Source: an uncultured Candidatus Actinomarina sp. (GTDB taxonomy: Bacteria; Actinomycetota; Acidimicrobiia; Actinomarinales; Actinomarinaceae). Taken from it: DNA of 58,072 nt. The stretch covers positions 1 through 58,072 of the forward strand of contig CACFFJ010000005.1 in NCBI GenBank assembly GCA_902565645.1, in the 5' to 3' direction. Shown piece after piece: positions 29,774-39,303 of the stretch; the stretch's first letter is position 1; each line of letters starts with the position of its first letter. The notes beneath the pieces are model-generated. The model made no database searches. It was not told where the DNA came from and saw only the letters and a program-made list of their open reading frames with translations. The position numbers and the translations under genes were made by a program.

Positions 29774-30231
29774 AAGTAGTACCTGCTAGTGAATTACAAA
29801 ACCACGTCGGTGAAGAGGTTGGAGTTTCTGATTGGTTAGAAGTAACTCAAGAAAGAATTAACCAGTTTGCAGAAGCAACAAATGATCACCAGTTTATACA
29901 TGTTGATACTGAAATGGCTAAAAATACTCCTTGGGGAACTACAATAGCTCACGGTTTCTTAACACTTAGTCTTATTCCATATCTGTCAGCTGAAAATGGG
30001 ATAATGCCAGATAACATTCAAATGGCTGTTAACTATGGAACTGATAAAGTTCGATTCTTAGAAGCTGTTCCTGTTAATAGTAAAATTAGGGGAAGGTTTG
30101 TACTTTCAGATGTTCAAGAAAAACCAGGCAACAGATGGTTACTTAAGTCAGATGTTACTATAGAAATTGAAGGTAAAGAGAAGCCAGCTGCAATAGCTGA
30201 AACGCTTGCTCTTTTCGTTGTTACAGAATAA
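29770..30231 (+). CDS. MaoC-family (R)-enoyl-CoA hydratase
   Basis: [33 protein letters not shown]; AAGGAG RBS. Confidence 0.92.
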   Translation: MKVVPASELQNHVGEEVGVSDWLEVTQERINQFAEATNDHQFIHVDTEMAKNTPWGTTIAHGFLTLSLIPYLSAENGIMPDNIQMAVNYGTDKVRFLEAVPVNSKIRGRFVLSDVQEKPGNRWLLKSDVTIEIEGKEKPAAIAETLALFVVTE

Positions 30232-30245
30232 TAAGGAGAGTACAG

Positions 30246-31424
30246 ATGAGAGAAGCAGTTATTGTTTCAGCAGCAAGAACACCTATAGGCAAAGCTTATA
30301 GAGGGGCCTATAACAATACAGCGGCTCCTACACTCGCTTCCTACTCAATAAAGGAAGCTGTTCATAGGGCTGGAATTGATCCAGAAGAAGTTGATGATGT
30401 CGTAATGGGCTGTGCTCAACAACAAGGTTCTCAAGCATTAAATATTGGAAGACTTGGAGGAATAGCAGCAGGACTTCCAAACACTGTTTCAGGTATGACT
30501 ATTGATAGACAGTGTTCTTCAGGAATGATGGCTATAGCTACTGCTTCTAAACAGATTATTACAGACAATATGGATACAGTGGTTGCTGGAGGTGTTGAAT
30601 CTATTTCATTAGTTCAAACTGCAGAAATCAGATTAGATATAGATCCTAACGTAACTGAACATGCTCAACACGCATATATGCCAATGATAGAAACAGCTGA
30701 TAACGTTGCTGAAAAATATAGTGTAAGTAGAGAAGATCAAGACGAATACTCTCTTCAGAGTCAACAAAGAACAGCTTCAGCACAAGAAGCTGGAATCTAT
30801 GCTGATGAAGTAATATCCACTACTACAACTAAATTAGTAAAAGATAAAGAATCTGGTGAAATTTCCGAAGAAGAAGTAACTTTAGAAAAAGATGAGGGAA
30901 ATAGACCAGAAACAAACATAGAAGGACTTTCATCACTTATGCCTGTGTATGGTGAAGGAAAGTTTATTACTGCAGGAAATGCTTCTCAACTTTCAGATGG
31001 ATCGGCTTCAGTTGTAGTTATGGAAGCAAAGGTTGCTGAAAAAAAAGGATTGAACCCTATTGGTTACTATAGAGGAATGGCTGTAGCTGGGTTAGCTCCT
31101 GAGGAAATGGGGATTGGTCCTATATATGCAGTTCCAAAGTTGTTAGACAGATTCAATCTAACGGTTGATGATATTGGTCTATGGGAATTAAATGAAGCAT
31201 TTGCAGTTCAAGCTTTGTATTGTAGGGATAAAATTGGTATCGACAATGAAGTTTACAATGTAAACGGTGGTTCCATATCTATTGGTCATCCATATGGAAT
31301 GACTGGATCGCGTATGACTATGCATGCACTAATGGAAGGTAAAAGAAGAGGCGCTAAATATGTAGTAGTAACTATGTGTGTTGGCGGAGGAATGGGTGCT
31401 GCAGGACTGTTTGAAGTCATATAA
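30246..31424 (+). CDS. acetyl-CoA C-acyltransferase (thiolase)
   Basis: [27 protein letters not shown]; TAAGGAG RBS. Confidence 0.95.
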   Translation: MREAVIVSAARTPIGKAYRGAYNNTAAPTLASYSIKEAVHRAGIDPEEVDDVVMGCAQQQGSQALNIGRLGGIAAGLPNTVSGMTIDRQCSSGMMAIATASKQIITDNMDTVVAGGVESISLVQTAEIRLDIDPNVTEHAQHAYMPMIETADNVAEKYSVSREDQDEYSLQSQQRTASAQEAGIYADEVISTTTTKLVKDKESGEISEEEVTLEKDEGNRPETNIEGLSSLMPVYGEGKFITAGNASQLSDGSASVVVMEAKVAEKKGLNPIGYYRGMAVAGLAPEEMGIGPIYAVPKLLDRFNLTVDDIGLWELNEAFAVQALYCRDKIGIDNEVYNVNGGSISIGHPYGMTGSRMTMHALMEGKRRGAKYVVVTMCVGGGMGAAGLFEVI

Positions 31425-31477
31425 TTAAATTTAAACTTTAAAAAGCCTTCGACTGTTTTGAAATTCTATAATATTAT

Positions 31478-32938
31478 ATGGAGAAAATTTCCAATAAAGA
31501 AGAATACTTAGAATCAATATCTAATAGAGATTTAAAAATATATTTAATGGGTGAACTTGTAGAAGATCCACTAACTCACCCAATAATAAAACCCAGCATT
31601 GAAGCTATGGCAGAAACTTATGAATTAGCAGTTAGAGAACCAGATTTGGCAAGTGTAAAATCACCTTATACTGGTGAAGCAATAAATAGATTCTTACATA
31701 TTGCTGAAAACAGTGAAGATCTATATCTCCAAAACAAAATGCAAAGGAAACTTGGACAATTAACTGGTACATGTTTTCAAAGATGTGTAGGGATGGATGC
31801 ATTCAATGCTTTGCATTCTGTAACATTTGAAATAGACGAAAAATATAAAACGCAATATCACGAAAACTTTAAATCATTTTTAACTGAAATGCACAAATAT
31901 AATTTAGTTATTGGTGGTGCAATGACAGATGTTAAAGGCGATAGATCAAAATTACCACACGAACAAGAAGATGAAGATCTGTATTTAAGAGTTGTTGATA
32001 GAGATAAAAAAGGTGTTTATGTTAAGGGTGCTAAAGCACACCAAACTGGTTGCATTAATTCTCATTGGATGGTTGTTATGCCAACACTAAGGTTATCTGA
32101 AAATGATAAGGACTATGCAATTGTTGGAGCTATTCCAGTAGATGCAGATGGTATAACATATATTTATGGAAGACAATCTTGCGATACAAGAAGTATGGAA
32201 CCTGGTGAATATGATGTAGGTAATAAATATTTTGCAGGTCAAGAAGCAATGGTTATTTTTGATAATGTTTTCATCCCTAATGAATATATCTTTATGAACG
32301 GAGAGTATGACTATGCTTCAATGCTTGTAGAAAGGTTTACTACATATCACAGAAGGTCTTACGTATGTAAATCAGGTGTTGGTGATGTGTTAATTGGAGC
32401 CGCTGCAACTATTGCCGAATATAACGGAGTAGAAGATGCATCACACATTAAAGATAAACTTGTTGAGATGAATAAATTAAATGAGACTATTTATGCAACT
32501 GGGATAGCATCATCACTTCAAGGATCAGAAACTAAATCTGGAAATTATATTAACGATGATTTACTTGCAAATGTTTGTAAACAACACGTTACTAAAGAAA
32601 CATACGAAATAGGTAGAATTGCACAAGATTTAGCTGGAGGTTTAGTTGGTTCAATGCCATCAGGAATTGATTTTAATGAAGGTGAAATGTCTGAAGATTT
32701 AAAAAAGTATTTAAAAGGTAAAGAAGATATTAATGCTGAGGATAGAGTAAAAATATTAAGGCTTATTGAGAATATGACACTTGGAAGAAATGCTGTAGCT
32801 TACCTAACAGAATCTATGCATGGTGCAGGCTCACCACAAGCTCAAAGAGTCCAAATAAGAAGAAAAGTTAATATAGAAGAAAAAAAAGATTTTGCTAAAA
32901 AATTATCTGGAGTTCAAGAAAGGAATGAAAAATCATGA
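31478..32938 (+). CDS. abfD: 4-hydroxybutyryl-CoA dehydratase / vinylacetyl-CoA isomerase
   Basis: TGTCFQRCVG (two Fe-S Cys), MTDVKGDRS, GAKAHQTG, YHRRSYVCK (His and Cys ligands), ESMHGAGSPQAQR. Confidence 0.88.
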   Translation: MEKISNKEEYLESISNRDLKIYLMGELVEDPLTHPIIKPSIEAMAETYELAVREPDLASVKSPYTGEAINRFLHIAENSEDLYLQNKMQRKLGQLTGTCFQRCVGMDAFNALHSVTFEIDEKYKTQYHENFKSFLTEMHKYNLVIGGAMTDVKGDRSKLPHEQEDEDLYLRVVDRDKKGVYVKGAKAHQTGCINSHWMVVMPTLRLSENDKDYAIVGAIPVDADGITYIYGRQSCDTRSMEPGEYDVGNKYFAGQEAMVIFDNVFIPNEYIFMNGEYDYASMLVERFTTYHRRSYVCKSGVGDVLIGAAATIAEYNGVEDASHIKDKLVEMNKLNETIYATGIASSLQGSETKSGNYINDDLLANVCKQHVTKETYEIGRIAQDLAGGLVGSMPSGIDFNEGEMSEDLKKYLKGKEDINAEDRVKILRLIENMTLGRNAVAYLTESMHGAGSPQAQRVQIRRKVNIEEKKDFAKKLSGVQERNEKS

Positions 32939-33906
32939 AAGCTATTGTTTGTACGAAGCTAGGTGAACCAAATCTTTTAGAAATAAAAGAAATTGATAAA
33001 CCAAGTATTACTGAAGAAGATGTATTAATAAAAGTTGAAGCTGCTGGAGTTAACTTTCCTGATGCATTATTAGTGCAAGGCAAATATCAAATCGTTTTAG
33101 ACCCTCCTTTTACACCTGGAAACGAGGTCTGTGGTGTAGTTGAAGATAAAGGAGCAAATGTAGAACTACCAATTGGTTCAAAAGTTATTGGATTACCACC
33201 TGTTGGAGGTTTTGCTGAATATGTAGCTTTAAACAAAAATCTAGTAATCCCAGTAAATAGTGATTTTGATCCATTAGCTGGAGCTAGTTTACCAATAAAT
33301 TATGGAACAACCTATTACGCACTTAAAAGAAGGGCAAAAGCCAATAACGGAGAGACTTTATTAGTTCTAGGAGCATCTGGTGGAATAGGAACTGCGTCTA
33401 TTCAGCTAGCTCAAGTTATGGGATTGAAAACAATTTGTGCAGTTGGATCTTATGAAAAAGAAGATTATGTTAAAAGCTTAGGTGCTGATGAGATTGTTAG
33501 ATATGATCAAGTTGACCTAAAAGAAACTGTTAAAAGTCTTACAAACGGAAAGGGTGTCGATATAGTGATGGATCCTGTTGGTGGAAATGTATCCGAGGAA
33601 GCATTACGAGCAACAGGATTTAATGGTAGACACCTAGTAATAGGATTCGCTAATGGAGAAATACCAAAAATTTCTCTTAATTTAACTCTTGTGAAAGGAG
33701 TATCTATAGTTGGTGTATGGTGGGGTCGTTGGACAAATACTTCCCCCAAAGAAACGGCTGAAGACTTTATTGAATTAGTTTCATATATAAATGATAAAAA
33801 ATTAAATATCTCTCCAAAAAATATCTACAGTCTTGAAGAAACATCAATGGCTTTGGAAAACTTTTTAAATAGAAAAAATATTGGAAAAACTGTTATAAAG
33901 TTCTAG
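32935..33906 (+). CDS. NADPH:quinone oxidoreductase family (MDR superfamily)
   Basis: AAGVNFPD...GKYQ, PFTPG.E, LGASGGIG, IGFANG. Confidence 0.9.
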   Translation: MKAIVCTKLGEPNLLEIKEIDKPSITEEDVLIKVEAAGVNFPDALLVQGKYQIVLDPPFTPGNEVCGVVEDKGANVELPIGSKVIGLPPVGGFAEYVALNKNLVIPVNSDFDPLAGASLPINYGTTYYALKRRAKANNGETLLVLGASGGIGTASIQLAQVMGLKTICAVGSYEKEDYVKSLGADEIVRYDQVDLKETVKSLTNGKGVDIVMDPVGGNVSEEALRATGFNGRHLVIGFANGEIPKISLNLTLVKGVSIVGVWWGRWTNTSPKETAEDFIELVSYINDKKLNISPKNIYSLEETSMALENFLNRKNIGKTVIKF

Positions 33907-34542
33907 TTAGTGTTGATGTGATGATTCAAAATATGGATTAGTTCCTGAAGCATGATCTGTTGAATCAATAATATTCCCTATTTCAGGAATTGCTTCCCTT
34001 AATGAAGCTTCTATTCCCTGCTGTAAAGTCACTTGTGCCATTCCACAACCCTGACAACCTCCACCTAATCTTAAGTATATATCTTGCCCTTCTACTCCTA
34101 CTAGCTGTGCTGCTCCACCATGTGAAGCAATTGCTGGATTGATTTGATTTTCTAAAACTTGTTGAACCTTTTCAGCTAGCTCACCTTTTAATTCAGGCAA
34201 ATCTTCAGGGTTTCCAAACATTGCTGGGCTAGGAGTATTTGGATTGTCCATTGTTAAGCCGGGTGTGTCTGGATCTTCAGAAAGTTCTAAACTAGCACCA
34301 TTAAAGTTTTCAATATCTTTATTTGCAATAACTACAGGTAAATTCTTAAAATCTAACCTCTTATCATCTGACTTAATTGCATCTATATCTAGAAAACTCA
34401 GATCATAAGTATATTGATTTCCGTGAGCGCCATCTATCTGTAAAAATAATGCATAATCTTTATCACCAGGCTCTTGATCCTTCAATTCAAGGATTTTATC
34501 CACAGCTCCATCGCCAATATGAAATTTGAATTCATCAGTCAT
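33907..34542 (-). CDS. nfuA: Fe-S biogenesis carrier NfuA-like (degenerate A-type plus NifU domain)
   Basis: INPAIASHGG, GGGCQGCG, TDH..G.NPYF. Confidence 0.88.
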   Translation of the reverse strand: MTDEFKFHIGDGAVDKILELKDQEPGDKDYALFLQIDGAHGNQYTYDLSFLDIDAIKSDDKRLDFKNLPVVIANKDIENFNGASLELSEDPDTPGLTMDNPNTPSPAMFGNPEDLPELKGELAEKVQQVLENQINPAIASHGGAAQLVGVEGQDIYLRLGGGCQGCGMAQVTLQQGIEASLREAIPEIGNIIDSTDHASGTNPYFESSHQH

Positions 34543-34585
34543 ATACTTAATATTAGTAAATATAAGATATGTGCAAATATTTAAA

Positions 34586-35203
34586 ATGAAAAAAGTAATT
34601 TTATCTCTTGCAGGAGAATGTTCAATAAATAGAGATCAACTTGAAGAGTACGATTTTGTAATAGGTGTTGATTCTGGAGCAGAATACCTATATAAACTCT
34701 TCTTAATTCCTAACTTAATAATAGGTGATTTAGATTCAATCAATATAAAGACACTAGAACGTGCTGAAAAAGATAAAGCTGAGATACTAAGTTATGAAAG
34801 GAATAAAGATAAAACTGATTTTGAATTATCTCTAAATTATTTAAAGGAAAAAGAGTATAAAGATATAACAATAATAGGTGGTGAATCAGGTGATATTGAC
34901 CATCTCTTTGGGAACCTATTAAGCCTTTCACATTTTCATACAAATGAATCTATTGAATGGAAACAGAGTAATCAAAATATAATATTTCCAAATTCTGAAT
35001 CTATAGATGTTGAAACCAATAAAATCTTTAGTCTTATACCTTTATCAAAATTAGAGAAAGTATCAATAACAGGAGCTAAATGGAATATAGAAAATGAAAA
35101 CATAGATTTTGGAAGCAGCAGAACACTTAGGAATGTAACTCATGGAACAGAGCTTAAAATTAAAGTAGAGTCAGGAAGTTATTGTTTAGTTTTTAACAAC
35201 TAA
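34586..35203 (+). CDS. thiN: thiamine pyrophosphokinase
   Basis: GVDSGA, IGDLDS, KDKTDFEL, DHLFGNL; start moved from 34526, which overlaps nfuA (GTG 34571 also possible). Confidence 0.88.
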   Translation: MKKVILSLAGECSINRDQLEEYDFVIGVDSGAEYLYKLFLIPNLIIGDLDSINIKTLERAEKDKAEILSYERNKDKTDFELSLNYLKEKEYKDITIIGGESGDIDHLFGNLLSLSHFHTNESIEWKQSNQNIIFPNSESIDVETNKIFSLIPLSKLEKVSITGAKWNIENENIDFGSSRTLRNVTHGTELKIKVESGSYCLVFNN

Positions 35204-36414
35204 GATCTAGGAATGTCTTTCCAAGCTTTATCTTTATCCAATTTGGGCTCACTAGGTAATCCCAATACCCTTTCAGCAATAATATTTCTCATTATTTCTG
35301 AAGTACCACCTTCAATAGAGTTTGCTCTTGATCTTAAAAATAAACTTTGAGTATCAGTGAATCCAAAAGTTTCATTATCAAAATTCAAATCAGGTTGAGT
35401 AAGCTCATAACCTCTTGGGAATAGTAATCCGTCATTACCTAACAATTCCATACCAAATTCATATGATGCTTTATTTATTTCAGCCTCATAAAGTTTACTA
35501 GTAGAACCTTCTGGTCCAGGTGTGCCTTTTTCACGTAGCTCAGTAGCTCTCATATTTGTAAGCCTTACAGACTCCTGCTCTATCCATAATTGAATCAATC
35601 GATCTTTAATGACAGGATCTTCAAGCTGTCTTTCTTTCCATAACTGAATCAAATGTCCAGGAGCGCCACTTCCTCTTTCTCTTACATTTCCTCCAATAGC
35701 AACTCTTTCATTCATTAATACAGTTAAAGACACTCTCCAGCCATCTCCAAGCTCTCCAAGCATATTCTCTTTGGGAATTTTTACATCTGTAAAATATATC
35801 TCATTAAATTCTGCTTCTCCTGTAATTTGTCTAAGAGGTCTTACCTCAACACCCTCTGATTCCATATCGACAATAAAAAAAGTAAGGCCTCTATGCTTAG
35901 GAACTTCTGGATCTGTTCTTGTAACTAATAATCCATACTTGGCTAAATGTCCCAAAGTAGTCCAAACTTTCTGACCATTAACAATATAGCCATCTCCATC
36001 ATCAACCGCTTTTGTTGATAAGCTTGCTAAATCAGAACCTGAACCAGGTTCTGAAAACATCTGACACCATATTTCTTCAGCAGTGAACATTGGCCTTAAA
36101 TACTTTTTAATCTGTTCAGGTGTTCCATATTCTACAATTGTTGGAGCACCCATTCCAATTCCTAATATATTTGCGACCCTATTTTGATAAGATATGCCTT
36201 CTTTCCTCAGAGTCTCATTTATTAGTAATTGATACTTTGGATCAACACCTAATCCTCCTGCTTCTTCTGGAAAATGTACCCAAGCTAAACCCAGGTCAAA
36301 TTGTTTACCCCACACTTCCGTCAAAGAGACTTCATTTTTTGCAAAACTTACTAATTGATCTAATTTTTCTTTAACTAGTACTTCAACACTGTCTTGAACT
36401 GAGGTATCAGACAT
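35200..36414 (-). CDS. acyl-CoA dehydrogenase
   Basis: WCQMFSEPGSGSDLASL, NGQKVWT, EFNEIYF, SIEGGTSEIMRNIIAERVLGLP. Confidence 0.94.
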   Translation of the reverse strand: MSDTSVQDSVEVLVKEKLDQLVSFAKNEVSLTEVWGKQFDLGLAWVHFPEEAGGLGVDPKYQLLINETLRKEGISYQNRVANILGIGMGAPTIVEYGTPEQIKKYLRPMFTAEEIWCQMFSEPGSGSDLASLSTKAVDDGDGYIVNGQKVWTTLGHLAKYGLLVTRTDPEVPKHRGLTFFIVDMESEGVEVRPLRQITGEAEFNEIYFTDVKIPKENMLGELGDGWRVSLTVLMNERVAIGGNVRERGSGAPGHLIQLWKERQLEDPVIKDRLIQLWIEQESVRLTNMRATELREKGTPGPEGSTSKLYEAEINKASYEFGMELLGNDGLLFPRGYELTQPDLNFDNETFGFTDTQSLFLRSRANSIEGGTSEIMRNIIAERVLGLPSEPKLDKDKAWKDIPRS

Positions 36415-36416
36415 TT

Positions 36417-37319
36417 TTAATCTCCCTGCAATGCTTGTTGGATTATTCCAAATTCATCAGCATTATTCATTGGATATATTCCATCTTCAATTGTGCTTAT
36501 AGTTTCAATATTATCTGAAATATCCTCTGGAGTTGCTTCAGGATTTACATATCCTTTATGTGTATTAATACCAATCCTTGCGTATCTTCCAGCACCTGCA
36601 GAAAATATTTGGTGTGTTGTATCACATGCCTCTGATGCGAGGTATACAACTAACGGTGTCACCTGCTCAACTTTAAATAATTTACCAAAATCTTCACCGA
36701 ATATATCTTCTGTCATTCTTGTAGTTGCGTTAGGGGCAAGTACATTAGCTTTTATATTATATTTTTCACCTTCAATTGCAATTATATTTGTCAAACCAAC
36801 AATACCCATTTTTGCAGCTGCATAATTTGCTTGTCCAAAATTTCCAAATAGACCAGAAGGAGATGCGACATTTACAAAACGTCCATAACCATTATCTTTC
36901 ATATGAGTAAAGGCTGGCTGACAAACAAAGAAAGTCCCTTTTAAGTGGACATCAATCACTGCATTAAATTCTTCCTCACTTAGCTTTGCAAAACTTTTAT
37001 CTCTTAATATTCCAGCATTATTTACAACAGCATGGACTGCTCCAAAGCTTTCAATAGCAGAATTTACGATTGACTCTCCTCCTTCCTTTGAAGAAACAGA
37101 GTCGTAATTAGCAACTGCATTGCCACCGTTATTTTTTATTTCATCTACAACTTCATCAGCAGCAGTATTACCTGAGCCAGAGCCATCAACAGCACCACCT
37201 AAGTCGTTGACTACTACATTTGCTCCCCTTTTACCAAACTCTAAGGCATAAGATTTTCCTAAACCATTACCGGCTCCAGTTACAATTACTGTTTTATTTT
37301 CAAAAGTTACGTTTGCCAT
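36417..37319 (-). CDS. SDR, MFE-2-like (R)-3-hydroxyacyl-CoA dehydrogenase
   Basis: TGAGNGLG, VVVNDLGG, NNAGILRD, GNFGQANYAAAK. Confidence 0.9.
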   Translation of the reverse strand: MANVTFENKTVIVTGAGNGLGKSYALEFGKRGANVVVNDLGGAVDGSGSGNTAADEVVDEIKNNGGNAVANYDSVSSKEGGESIVNSAIESFGAVHAVVNNAGILRDKSFAKLSEEEFNAVIDVHLKGTFFVCQPAFTHMKDNGYGRFVNVASPSGLFGNFGQANYAAAKMGIVGLTNIIAIEGEKYNIKANVLAPNATTRMTEDIFGEDFGKLFKVEQVTPLVVYLASEACDTTHQIFSAGAGRYARIGINTHKGYVNPEATPEDISDNIETISTIEDGIYPMNNADEFGIIQQALQGD

Positions 37320-39251
37320 TTATTTATCCTCCTTGTACATTCCTTCAATCTGTTCATTATATTTTTCTGTTATTACATTCCTTTTTAATTTCAATGTTGG
37401 AGTCAATTCTCCGCTGGTATCAGTCCATTCATTTTCTAATATAACGAATTTTTTTATTTGTTGAACTTGGGCTACTTTACTATTTGCAGAGTCTACTTGT
37501 TCTTGAACAGCAGCTATTACTTTTTCATCTTTAGACATTGATGAAATATCATATGTAACTCCATTTTCTTCTGCCCATTTCTCAGCTCCACCATCACCGT
37601 CTAATACTACTAATGCAGTTAAGTATTTCTTACCATCACCAACAAGGCAAACTTGACCAATTAATGGGTGAGGTTTAACAAGATCTTCTACTTCTACTGG
37701 TGCAATATTTTTTCCTGCAGAAGTAATTAAAATCTCCTTCTTTCGTCCAATTATTTTTACATATCCATCTTCATCAATTTCAGCTAAATCCCCAGTATGA
37801 AGCCATCCATCATCATCAAATGTTTCTTTTGTTTCAGCTTCTGCTTTGTAATAACCTTGAGATACATGGTTTCCTCTTTGACAAAGTTCACCATCCTCAA
37901 GTACTTTGACTTCAGTACCAGCAATCGGTATTCCTACTTTGCCTATTGGATTTAAAACTTTAGGAACTTTTACTCCATTTGCTTTAAATTTTGCAGTAAT
38001 AAATTCAGCAGCATTGTTTGCTACTCCAATTGTTGTAGGTCCTGTATTCTCTGTCATGCCGTATATTTCAGTAACATTAATATCTATTGCGTGGAACCAT
38101 TTTTGCAAATCAGGATTCATTGCTGCAGCTGCTGTTACAAAATATTCTGTATTTGAAATACCTAAGCCATCTTTAAATTTCTTAAATACTAATTTTTTAA
38201 ATAATTTATCTTTCAATAAAACACCGAGTGGAGCTTTTTCACCTTTTTGTTCATATTCAACTCTCTCCAATGCATTATCTATAGCTTTAAGTGCTAAATC
38301 TTTCTTATCTGATTCATTTATTTTATTAAGCAATCCTGCTTGGAATTTCTCCCATACTCTAGGTACAGCTATAAATACAGAAGGTTGAATTGTAGGTAGA
38401 GCAGCTGCCATATCTTCAAGTTGTGGAACAGGAAAAATTTGACCAGTTCTATATATTGCTTGATAATGGTCGCCTGCTCTTGCAGCTATATGTGCCATAG
38501 GTAAATACGAAACTATTCTTGGGAACTGACTAGCTGGAATCATTTCTGAAAATAGACTTTGGATTGTCCATAAAACATTCTTATGAGTAATCATTACACC
38601 TTTTGGATTTCCAGTTGTTCCTGATGTAAAGATTAAACAAGCTAATGATTCAGGCTTAACTGAATCAATTCCAGCTTGTAATTTAGAGTCATCTTTTTCA
38701 TTTATTTCTTTTCCTTTAGAAAGCAACTCTTGGTAGCTAACAACATAATCTTTGTCCTTAACTTTTTCATATCCATCTATTAAGACTATGTGCTTTAAAT
38801 CAGGACAATTATTTCTAGCAGCATCAACTTCTTCAAATAATTCAAGATCACCTACAACTGCTATTTTTGCTTCCATTAAATTTGCTACATATTCAATTTG
38901 TCCTGATTTTAATTGTTTATAAATGGTTGAAGGTGTTGCTCCGCTATATACAATTGCTAAATCTGAAATATTATGTTCTTTAATATTATTAGACATAATA
39001 AAAGCCATATCTCCAGGGTTTAAGCCAAGATCAATCATTCCAGAAGCAAGGTTTCTAACTTCTTCTCTTAATTCATACCAAGACATAGAGTCCCATGCAG
39101 AATATTCTGCATTTGCTGGTGTATTTATTGCTGGATAATTGCCATATTCTTCAGCATTTCTATTTATAAAATCAATTAATGTTTTTCCCTCAATTGCGCT
39201 TGTTATTTCTTTTTCTTGTTCTTTAAGAAATGAATGTATGCTTTTTGTCAT
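37320..39251 (-). CDS. long-chain fatty acid--CoA ligase
   Basis: FTSGTTGNPKG, YGMTE, GWLHTGD, GRKKEIL, ELTPTLKLKR; GAGGAG RBS. Confidence 0.94.
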   Translation of the reverse strand: MTKSIHSFLKEQEKEITSAIEGKTLIDFINRNAEEYGNYPAINTPANAEYSAWDSMSWYELREEVRNLASGMIDLGLNPGDMAFIMSNNIKEHNISDLAIVYSGATPSTIYKQLKSGQIEYVANLMEAKIAVVGDLELFEEVDAARNNCPDLKHIVLIDGYEKVKDKDYVVSYQELLSKGKEINEKDDSKLQAGIDSVKPESLACLIFTSGTTGNPKGVMITHKNVLWTIQSLFSEMIPASQFPRIVSYLPMAHIAARAGDHYQAIYRTGQIFPVPQLEDMAAALPTIQPSVFIAVPRVWEKFQAGLLNKINESDKKDLALKAIDNALERVEYEQKGEKAPLGVLLKDKLFKKLVFKKFKDGLGISNTEYFVTAAAAMNPDLQKWFHAIDINVTEIYGMTENTGPTTIGVANNAAEFITAKFKANGVKVPKVLNPIGKVGIPIAGTEVKVLEDGELCQRGNHVSQGYYKAEAETKETFDDDGWLHTGDLAEIDEDGYVKIIGRKKEILITSAGKNIAPVEVEDLVKPHPLIGQVCLVGDGKKYLTALVVLDGDGGAEKWAEENGVTYDISSMSKDEKVIAAVQEQVDSANSKVAQVQQIKKFVILENEWTDTSGELTPTLKLKRNVITEKYNEQIEGMYKEDK

Positions 39252-39303
39252 ATCTCCTCGTATTTTCTATATATAAAATATTAATTAAATTTTCTAATAT
39301 TAA

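Noticed and set aside
31478-32938. Autotrophic 3HP/4HB or DC/4HB carbon fixation
   Set aside because: No carboxylase or other cycle-specific genes in the window; context is beta-oxidation
31478-32938. 4-hydroxyphenylacetate 3-monooxygenase (HpaB)
   Set aside because: Same superfamily, but the Fe-S ligand motifs of AbfD are present
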